Part shown: positions 1 through 5,733 of the stretch, in pieces
How the letters are laid out: each line of letters begins with the position of its first letter
How positions within the stretch are numbered: position 1 is the stretch's first letter
Assembly: GCA_964565125.1 (NCBI GenBank)
Contig: CAZMCX010000025.1
Span: forward strand, 3,141 to 9,948
Direction of reading: 5' to 3'
DNA: 6,808 bases
Origin: an uncultured archaeon
GTDB lineage: Archaea; Iainarchaeota; Iainarchaeia; Iainarchaeales; 0-14-0-20-30-16
Program-made: the position numbers and the translations under genes
Notes under the pieces: generated by a model
Database searches by the model: none
What the model was told of the DNA's origin: nothing
Seen by the model: the letters and a program-made list of their open reading frames with translations, nothing else

Positions 1-548
1 TCTACTGATCTTACAACTTTTATATCAAAAACATAATCTACAAATTGCTTAAGTTTTTTTTCATCTAAAAACAACTGTGTTTTATACCGTCTTTCAACAA
101 TATCTTTTAGTTTTCTTGGGTCGTCTATTATCTCCCTGGTAATCAACTCATCAATACTAAAAAGTTTTTTTTCTTTGAATCTCTTAAGTAAAATTATTGT
201 TTCTAACTCTCCTTTTTGAAGTATCTGTATTGGCCCAAATTTTGTTGAAAAAATAGAATTAACTTGCTCGTCTACCAAGTCATAATCTTTTTGTTCTTTT
301 TCTTCAAGATTAAATACTTCCAAAAGACCAGAATCAATAGTTGCTTTTATTTGTTCTGAACTCCACCCAAACTGGCAGTTCTCCTGGCCTGGAAGGATTA
401 TTTCATCATATACTGCTTTTGAAATACAGAATTTTATTTCTTTTGACTTCAATTTTTCCAATAAAAAAAGCATATTTGTTTGGGTTAAAGAAATTATGCT
501 ACTTGAATCGAAAAATACATACTTCATACCATCAGCCCCAAAGCTCAT
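1..548 (-). CDS. PIN-like nuclease-domain protein (resembles COG2405/DUF3368-type PIN-like proteins); C-terminus lies beyond the window edge
   Basis: My hand translation of the reverse complement from the ATG at 548-546 gives 182 codons with no stop, running off the window. This ORF is absent from the supplied track because it is open-ended. The product starts MSFGADGMKYVFFDSSSIISLTQTNMLFLLEKL..ISKAVYDEIILPG..LQKGELETIILLKRFKEKKLFSIDELITREI. It has acidic residues at the positions expected for a PIN fold: D in strand 1 (VFFDSS), E in AVYDEI, GELE, and IDE. The ATG overlaps the upstream stop (ATGA, 545-548). Confidence 0.6.
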   Translation of the reverse strand, partial: MSFGADGMKYVFFDSSSIISLTQTNMLFLLEKLKSKEIKFCISKAVYDEIILPGQENCQFGWSSEQIKATIDSGLLEVFNLEEKEQKDYDLVDEQVNSIFSTKFGPIQILQKGELETIILLKRFKEKKLFSIDELITREIIDDPRKLKDIVERRYKTQLFLDEKKLKQFVDYVFDIKVVRSV

Positions 549-1162
549 TTAAAAAAATCTTCTATAATTGCAACTTTTTCTGAAATTATATCTTTTCCAA
601 CTTCAAAATTAATCTTGCTGTTATTTAGATAGTGCATTAATTCTATTCTGTTTGCATCTGTTAAACTCAGGGTTTGGTTTATGCTTTGGCCATGTTCATA
701 ACAATAGGATGCTTTCTTAATTTTTGCTTTTTCAAAAATATTTTTTATATAATAATACAGATTACGGTCAATAGTTTTGAACATTCCAACAAAATGGTTA
801 ATGTCATCAATATAGCTTTTAAGTTCCTTTACTTCTAAGGAGTCAACGTAATCTAAAATTATTTTTTTATTTGATCTCCACTGCGAAGAATGTAGCAGGT
901 GTGGTTGAGTTAATACTTTATACAAGAGATATGGTAAATAGGAAAAATACATTAGATTCTTATCATTAGTTAAAATTGCTTCGGAAGCAATATTATTAGA
1001 GATCTTCTTCAGAGGAATCCCATTTTCGTTCAAAATTTGCTGCTGGATCAGATCACAAATCTTCTTACGTTCTTTAACCGAAATCAATTTCACCATATAT
1101 AAATAAGGGTTTTCTTTAAAAAATATACGCTTATTCTGCATCAAATCATAAGAAACAATCAA
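545..1162 (-). CDS. Hypothetical protein, predicted mostly alpha-helical; candidate HEPN-like C-terminal region (RIELMH = Rx4H)
   Basis: ORF of 205 aa from TTG at 1162. The first ATG is at 1141-1139 (Met8, giving 198 aa) and lies about 27-33 nt from a TATA-like run, so 1141 may be the true start. I recognise no family. The motif R172-I-E-L-M-H177-Y is encoded at 649-632. The stop TGA (547-545) overlaps the start of the next gene. Confidence 0.7.
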   Translation of the reverse strand: MIVSYDLMQNKRIFFKENPYLYMVKLISVKERKKICDLIQQQILNENGIPLKKISNNIASEAILTNDKNLMYFSYLPYLLYKVLTQPHLLHSSQWRSNKKIILDYVDSLEVKELKSYIDDINHFVGMFKTIDRNLYYYIKNIFEKAKIKKASYCYEHGQSINQTLSLTDANRIELMHYLNNSKINFEVGKDIISEKVAIIEDFFK

Positions 1163-1205
1163 AAAATATATATACTTGAATCTCCTGTTATAATTTTATA
1201 TAAAT
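1161..1205. promoter_or_regulatory. Divergent promoter region with two TATA-like elements (AAAAAATATATATAC 1161-1175; palindromic TTTATATAAA 1195-1204)
   Basis: TTTATATA at 1195-1202 (+) matches the archaeal TATA consensus. It would span about -29 to -22 relative to the ATG at 1224, which implies a leaderless or very short leader. The same element reads TTTATATA on the minus strand (1204-1197). TATATATA on the minus strand (1174-1167) lies about 26-33 nt upstream of the ATG at 1141. Confidence 0.4.
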
Positions 1206-1212
1206 GTTTAAA

Positions 1213-1220
1213 GAGGGGAT
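1213..1220 (+). promoter_or_regulatory. Shine-Dalgarno-like element GAGGGGAT upstream of the 1224 start
   Basis: GAGGGGAT differs at one position from the GAGGTGAT core complementary to archaeal 16S 3' ends. The GAGG core is 7 nt from the ATG. It would be used only if transcription starts upstream of 1213, which conflicts with the leaderless reading above. Confidence 0.35.
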
Positions 1221-1223
1221 AAG

Positions 1224-1295
1224 ATGCGGTTAAAAATTTTATTGATATTTTTTATTTTGGTTATATTATTACAATTTATAGGTGGGGTGTTTGCT
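1224..1295 (+). other. Predicted signal peptide (or uncleaved membrane anchor), residues 1-24
   Basis: Basic n-region (R2, K4), a ~17-residue hydrophobic core, and small residues V-F-A before an acidic or polar mature N-terminus (ETSQQG). Confidence 0.6.
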
Positions 1296-3095
1296 GAAAC
1301 TAGTCAACAAGGCACGTATGAAACCCAACCTATTGAAAATCCATCTAAAGAGATTGTGTTAGATAACAAACCACAAATGAACAATGGCCCAAATCTAGAT
1401 TTTGGTTTGCCGTTTTCAAGTTTTGCTAATCCTGAATATGTGGCTCAGCAAAAATTTATGGAGGGAATGACCGCAGTATACATGTGGATTTACTCTAATA
1501 GTAATGATTTTATTACAAAATGCGAGAAAAATAAAGAAGAACTTGTTTCTAAAGTTGTAAGTATTGTAAATGGGGCGGAAGAAACTTCTGATATCTGTAA
1601 AAAATTTGAGTCACAAGTACAATCCTGTAACCCGGAATTATTTTGTAAAAATTTTCAGAAAGGGAACCTTCCTTTACCACCAGACGCAAAAATAATTTTA
1701 AAGAAGATGGGAAAAGATCCTAACAAATTAACACTTGAGGATTTAACAGAAGATCTTATGATGGACCTCTGCAAAGCACAGTTTAACAAAGAGATTGAGA
1801 ACAAGAAAGCATATGCAGAAAAAGTAAAGACATCAATAAAATCACAGCTTACAAATTTTAGATCAAAATGCGAGGAATTAAAGAAATTTAAAGATAATAT
1901 GGGCCCGGAAATAAAATTGCCTGATTTTTATATTCCAAAAATGCCTGAGAAAACACAAGAAATGACTGAACAGAAATATATAGAAGAATGGCAAGACACA
2001 AAACAGGTGGAAACCCCTGAAAAAGACAAAAAGGAATGGAAAGAGCCCCCACAAGATGAAACAAATCAACAAGGAGAAATAATTGAAGAACCACCACAAA
2101 TACCATCTGAAAAAATTGTAGAAATAATTCCAGTTTCTGATACGGAACAAGATAATGAGCCAGAACCTGTAGAACCAGAACAAAGCAATGAGCCAAAACC
2201 TGTAGAACCAGAACAAAAAGAGTCTGATGCAGAGCCAACTTCTGCAGAAGCAGCAGGCACAACTGTCCAACAAAATTCTACTGGACTGTTTGGTTTAACA
2301 TCAACATATGCAACACAGAAAGCAGTTTGTGGAAACAATACTTGCGAACCAGATTTAGGTGAAAATCCAGAGAATTGTCATGATGATTGTATGAAAAATG
2401 ATTTTTATAACTCTTCTGTAATAGGTCCTCAACAAGGGGACATGGGTGGAGGTCCGCAAGGTCCAATGGGCAATTCAGAAATGATTTGTGAATTAACAGA
2501 TGATGAAATTATTGAAATGTATTTACCACAAGAAATGGTTAATATTGAAGACAGGGAAGAAATGGCTGATTATAAATGTAAGATGGAATCGTCTAATATG
2601 GCGGGTAACATAAACATGATGAAACTCGAGAATGCTAAATGTTTAGCAAATGCAGCATTAGATTGTGCTTCAAAACAAAAAATGGTTGATAACTGCATTA
2701 CTTTTAAGTCAAACCCAAAAACTGTGGCTAAATTTATGGTTAATAATTTATGTAGACAATTTGGATTAAAACCTACGGACCATGCTTTATATGACCTTGC
2801 AGATAAATGGTTATCTATTGATCCCGCACTTGCTTACGAATTTGGTGACACAGTAGATAATACTATTGAAGAACAAGAAAACTTAGGTTTCTTCAGCTAT
2901 ATATTTGGTAACAATGACTATGCAGAAAAAATGCAAGAAAAAGCAGATAAATTAAATGCAATTAAACAAAGAATAATAGATAGAAACATTAATGACCCCG
3001 AAACTATAAATGTATTAGAAGAACAAACAAAAAAACTAGATAACGAGGCAGATAAATTTGGAAATTTCTTTAATTTATCTAGAATATTTGGGTAA
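1224..3095 (+). CDS. Secreted or N-terminally anchored Cys-rich modular protein of unknown function
   Basis: ORF of 623 aa with an ATG start and TAA stop, followed by an in-frame TAG. The N-terminus MRLKILLIFFILVILLQFIGGVFA/ETSQ looks like a Sec signal peptide. The 16 cysteines fall into three groups (6 + 4 + 6). The protein also has an acidic Pro/Glu/Lys linker and a C-terminal coiled-coil-like K/E/D-rich tail. I recognise no enzymatic motif. Confidence 0.85.
   Translation: MRLKILLIFFILVILLQFIGGVFAETSQQGTYETQPIENPSKEIVLDNKPQMNNGPNLDFGLPFSSFANPEYVAQQKFMEGMTAVYMWIYSNSNDFITKCEKNKEELVSKVVSIVNGAEETSDICKKFESQVQSCNPELFCKNFQKGNLPLPPDAKIILKKMGKDPNKLTLEDLTEDLMMDLCKAQFNKEIENKKAYAEKVKTSIKSQLTNFRSKCEELKKFKDNMGPEIKLPDFYIPKMPEKTQEMTEQKYIEEWQDTKQVETPEKDKKEWKEPPQDETNQQGEIIEEPPQIPSEKIVEIIPVSDTEQDNEPEPVEPEQSNEPKPVEPEQKESDAEPTSAEAAGTTVQQNSTGLFGLTSTYATQKAVCGNNTCEPDLGENPENCHDDCMKNDFYNSSVIGPQQGDMGGGPQGPMGNSEMICELTDDEIIEMYLPQEMVNIEDREEMADYKCKMESSNMAGNINMMKLENAKCLANAALDCASKQKMVDNCITFKSNPKTVAKFMVNNLCRQFGLKPTDHALYDLADKWLSIDPALAYEFGDTVDNTIEEQENLGFFSYIFGNNDYAEKMQEKADKLNAIKQRIIDRNINDPETINVLEEQTKKLDNEADKFGNFFNLSRIFG
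2154..2219 (+). repeat. Tandem 2 x 33-nt in-frame repeat inside the acidic linker (NEPEPVEPEQS / NEPKPVEPEQK)
   Basis: Unit 1 (2154-2186) is aatgagccagaacctgtagaaccagaacaaagc. Unit 2 (2187-2219) is aatgagccaaaacctgtagaaccagaacaaaaa. They match at 30 of 33 positions by direct comparison. Confidence 0.9.
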
Positions 3096-3099
3096 TAGA

Positions 3100-5004
3100 T
3101 CAATGTAATCTAACACATTCAAGATTCTTTGGGGCTGAAGAGTTTATTCTATATTTAGAAGACACAAACTTAGCAAAGTCTACTGACCCCTCCCTTTCCC
3201 CATGATTCACAATAATCTTTTTAGGTGGATTTGAAAGGTTTCTAATATATGCTAATAACTGTGATCTATCACAATGCCCTGAAAATCCTTCAACTGTACA
3301 AACTTCCATATTTATGTTGATTTTTTTAAGCTTAGAATCCACTACATCAACTAAGGCCATTACTTTTGTTCCGTTCTGAAGTTTTCTACCTAATGACCCT
3401 TCCCCCTGCCATCCAACAAATAAGATGGCGGACTTTTCATCTTGTGCCATTCTAGTAAAATATTCTACAGATGGGCCACCAGTCATCATTCCTGATGTTG
3501 CTAAAAATATATTGCCTTTTTGTGCAACTAGTGATTCTCTGTCATCCCGAGATTCAACCTCTTTAAATAATTCACAACTAAAAGGAGAATTATTAGTAAG
3601 TATTCTTTTTTGCACTGTTTCCCTTAAACTTTCAGGATATGCTGTATGTATTGCATTTATTTCTTTTATTAGGCCATCAATATAAACTGTTTTTGCCTTA
3701 AGCTGGCCTGCTTTATAGTAATGTTCCAAAACAAGCATAACTTCTTGGCTTCTTCCAACTGCAAATACGGGTATTAAAACATTTCCGCCCCTTTCAATTA
3801 CTTTATTAATGGTATTTATTAATTCCATTTCTGCATCCTGCCTTTTTGGCATTGGTGCTTGTTCTCCACCATAAGTACTTTCAATTATCAAGGATTCAAC
3901 TCTTGGATAATTTATTTCCGGAGGATTAAACAATCTTGTAAAACCAAACTTTATATCTCCGGAATAAACCATGTTATGTAATCCATCACCAACATGAATA
4001 TGTACAGAAGATGATCCCAAAATATGTGCAGCATTATACAAAGTAATTCTTATATCTGGGCTTACATCTGTTACTTCGCCATACTCTCTTGTAATAACAT
4101 GTTTTAGCATTTCGTTTATGTCTTTTTCAGAATAAGGAGGGATTTTACCTTCTTTTAAAATTACATCCATATAATCTTTTTGCAGAGTATACATCACATC
4201 TCTTGTTGCAGCAGTACAATATACTGGGCCCCGATATCCTGCTTTAAAAAGATAAGGTACAAACCCACCGTGATCTAGATGTGCATGTGATACTATTACT
4301 GCGGAAATCTCGGATAAAGAATAACCAATTGTTTCCAATAAAGGATATGGTTCATCAGTTACTGCTGCATTTATACCGCAATCAAGCATTATTTTTGAAT
4401 TCGCTGTTTCAAATAATATACAACTTCTTCCAACTTCTCTAAAACCACCAAAAAAACAAGCTCTTACCCATTCTTTATGGCTGCTTTTGGGGGCATATAT
4501 ATTCTTTGAAACTTCTTTCAAAAACTGTTTCCGTTCTTTGCCATCACCATAATACTCTTTTCTTATTTGTGGCAAAAGCTTACTTTTCATCATTGGGGCT
4601 CTTAAGATATTTGGGGTCCATTTTGTTTTGTTTATTATTGCTTTTGTTGTTGACCCACCCTTACCAATTACTAAGCCTGGTTTTAAAGCCTCAATAATTA
4701 CTTCTGAAAAATAAACATCAAATATTATTGTTGAAACCTGGGCATCTTCTGGAATTAAAGATAATATCTCCTTTTTTGCTTGCCCAATTTCCATTAAAAC
4801 AGTTTTATCTGCCCGAATATTAACTCTTTTTTTAAGTACTCCCGCGATTTTTGAAACATAAGTATCTTGTTTATAGAATTCTTCCGGCGTTTTTGTATAA
4901 ATTACTATGTCTGGACCCAAAAACTCAACTTTAGTTATTTCTATTTCTTTGGGTAGTACGTTCCGGATAAGTTCTGCGACTTTGTTTTCTTCCAATGATA
5001 ACAC
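3100..5004 (-). CDS. fttA: aCPSF1 / FttA: archaeal KH-domain beta-CASP metallo-beta-lactamase ribonuclease (CPSF73 homologue, transcription termination factor)
   Basis: ORF of 634 aa. It has a KH GXXG loop (VIGKGGSTTKAII). The metallo-beta-lactamase motifs are IMLDCG, VSHAHLDHGG (HxHxDH), YNAAHILGSS and VYSGDIKF. The beta-CASP motifs are A LIIESTYG, B GFSGHCDRSQL and C IIVNHGE. Length and architecture are typical of aCPSF1. The start is either GTG at 5004 or TTG at 4995 (see findings). Confidence 0.93.
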   Translation of the reverse strand: MLSLEENKVAELIRNVLPKEIEITKVEFLGPDIVIYTKTPEEFYKQDTYVSKIAGVLKKRVNIRADKTVLMEIGQAKKEILSLIPEDAQVSTIIFDVYFSEVIIEALKPGLVIGKGGSTTKAIINKTKWTPNILRAPMMKSKLLPQIRKEYYGDGKERKQFLKEVSKNIYAPKSSHKEWVRACFFGGFREVGRSCILFETANSKIMLDCGINAAVTDEPYPLLETIGYSLSEISAVIVSHAHLDHGGFVPYLFKAGYRGPVYCTAATRDVMYTLQKDYMDVILKEGKIPPYSEKDINEMLKHVITREYGEVTDVSPDIRITLYNAAHILGSSSVHIHVGDGLHNMVYSGDIKFGFTRLFNPPEINYPRVESLIIESTYGGEQAPMPKRQDAEMELINTINKVIERGGNVLIPVFAVGRSQEVMLVLEHYYKAGQLKAKTVYIDGLIKEINAIHTAYPESLRETVQKRILTNNSPFSCELFKEVESRDDRESLVAQKGNIFLATSGMMTGGPSVEYFTRMAQDEKSAILFVGWQGEGSLGRKLQNGTKVMALVDVVDSKLKKININMEVCTVEGFSGHCDRSQLLAYIRNLSNPPKKIIVNHGEREGSVDFAKFVSSKYRINSSAPKNLECVRLH

Positions 5005-5006
5005 CT
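5002..5006 (-). promoter_or_regulatory. Shine-Dalgarno-like AGGTG, 6 nt upstream of an in-frame TTG (4995-4993)
   Basis: The minus strand reads ..TATCAC-AGGTG-TTATCA-TTG-GAA-GAA... The GTG that the ORF track uses as the start is part of this AGGTG. Confidence 0.3.
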
Positions 5007-5015
5007 GTGATAAAT

Positions 5016-5022
5016 AAAAAAA
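5016..5022 (-). terminator. Oligo-T tract (T7 on the minus strand) 13 nt after the psmB stop; possible partial intrinsic terminator
   Basis: The minus strand reads TAA-ACATTATTCTAA-TTTTTTT-ATTTATCACAG-GTG. Oligo-T runs are the known archaeal intrinsic termination signal. This is a single short tract in an AT-rich genome, so support is weak. Confidence 0.2.
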
Positions 5023-5034
5023 TTAGAATAATGT

Positions 5035-5625
5035 TTATTCTATGCTTCCTTCTTCAATTCCGTTTTTGTCTATTACTATATAATCAAGTCCTTCTCCGCC
5101 AGTATAAACATCTTTTTTCTTTGATGAACTTATTGCTTTTACTACTTGTTCTAAAGCTTGTTTTTTATTAAATTTGTCTGAATAGTTCTGCTCCAAGTAT
5201 CCTATTGCAAACATGGATCCAGATCCAAATGCGGTATATTTTTCCATAGATTCTGACCCACCAACTAAATCCACACTATAAAGCTCAGGCTTTGAGTCAA
5301 ATCCAGCAATTAAGAAAAATGCCATATAAGGATAATATCTTGTATAGTTTAAAACATTTGAAACATAATTCGAGATTGCGCTTGTTTTCATTTTTTTCTC
5401 TCTTTCAACTTCATATAATCTCACTTGGCCGTCAAGAACACGCATAATCTTCTGTGCATCTCCTAAACCGCCTGCAAAGCTGATACCGAAGTTATTTCCA
5501 ACTAAAAACACTTTCTTTGCTTTTGTGTTTCCGATTGTGCTTCCATAAGTACTCTGCCTATCAGAAACAAGCAAAACAAAATCTTTACCCTTCCAGCCAA
5601 CAATAGTCGTACCTGTTTTACCCAT
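5035..5625 (-). CDS. psmB: 20S proteasome beta subunit (catalytically competent)
   Basis: From the ATG at 5625-5623 the product begins MGKTG/TTIVGWKGKDFVLLVSD. That is a 5-residue propeptide ending in Gly, followed by Thr1. Asp17, Lys33 (TKAKKV) and the GSGS motif are present. AGGLGDAQ and YYPYMAFFLIAGFD resemble the Thermoplasma beta subunit as I remember it. The supplied ORF extends 35 more codons to a TTG at 5730, so the alternative coordinates are 5035-5730. Confidence 0.9.
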   Translation of the reverse strand: MGKTGTTIVGWKGKDFVLLVSDRQSTYGSTIGNTKAKKVFLVGNNFGISFAGGLGDAQKIMRVLDGQVRLYEVEREKKMKTSAISNYVSNVLNYTRYYPYMAFFLIAGFDSKPELYSVDLVGGSESMEKYTAFGSGSMFAIGYLEQNYSDKFNKKQALEQVVKAISSSKKKDVYTGGEGLDYIVIDKNGIEEGSIE

Positions 5626-5733
5626 AGAGTCTTTGTTAAAAGAGTTCAAGAGAGCACCCCAAAATTTTTTAAAAATAGTATACCTATTTCTAGTTACATA
5701 ACCTATATAAATGTTGTGGTTTGTGGCCAAATT

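Noticed and set aside
54-172. Homopolymer T8 runs (54-61 and 165-172; A8 in the PIN-like coding strand) as phase-variation or frameshift sites
   Set aside because: Both encode in-frame Lys-rich stretches (E/K-K-K-L). Runs of this length are common in genomes of this AT content. No alternative frame gives a longer or more meaningful product.
341-583. Plus-strand 80-aa ORF
   Set aside because: It is antisense to the PIN-like gene and spans the ATGA junction. It has a low-complexity product, no promoter or SD, and the minus-strand frames carry recognisable motifs.
1878-2338. Three overlapping minus-strand ORFs (131, 124 and 90 aa) in all three antisense frames
   Set aside because: They lie exactly opposite the purine-rich GAA/CCA/AAA linker of the 623-aa gene. 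Its reverse complement (TTC/TGG/TTT) lacks stop codons by composition. The products are F/L/W/C-rich nonsense, and the sense frame has far better coding features.
2278-2466. Minus-strand 62-aa ORF
   Set aside because: It lies entirely inside, and antisense to, the 623-aa secreted-protein gene (over the four-Cys module and the Gly/Pro/Met stretch). It has no translation signals and a composition-driven product.
2918-3103. Minus-strand 61-aa ORF overlapping the 3' end of the secreted-protein gene
   Set aside because: It is antisense to a well-supported CDS and has a hydrophobic, low-complexity product. It would have to start inside the aCPSF1 stop region. There are no supporting signals.
3102-3117. 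Hairpin AATGT-aatcta-ACATT at the convergent gene junction as a bidirectional terminator
   Set aside because: It has only a 5-bp A/T-rich stem with no flanking U-tract and lies inside the aCPSF1 coding sequence. It is expected by chance in AT-rich DNA.
3425-4697. Plus-strand ORFs 3425-3685 (86 aa) and 4506-4697 (63 aa)
   Set aside because: Both are antisense to the motif-rich aCPSF1 gene. They have no recognisable features and are typical shadow ORFs.
5035-5625. Possibility that the Thr-protease is HslV rather than a proteasome beta subunit
   Set aside because: The N-terminal third (TTIV..D.Q.T.G.T......KKV, FAGG..DA) resembles both families. However, the presence of a propeptide, the middle region (YYPYMAFFLIAGFD, SVDLVGG) and the C-terminal AISSSKKKDVYTGG match archaeal beta subunits. 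The aCPSF1 neighbour also fits archaeal psmB synteny.
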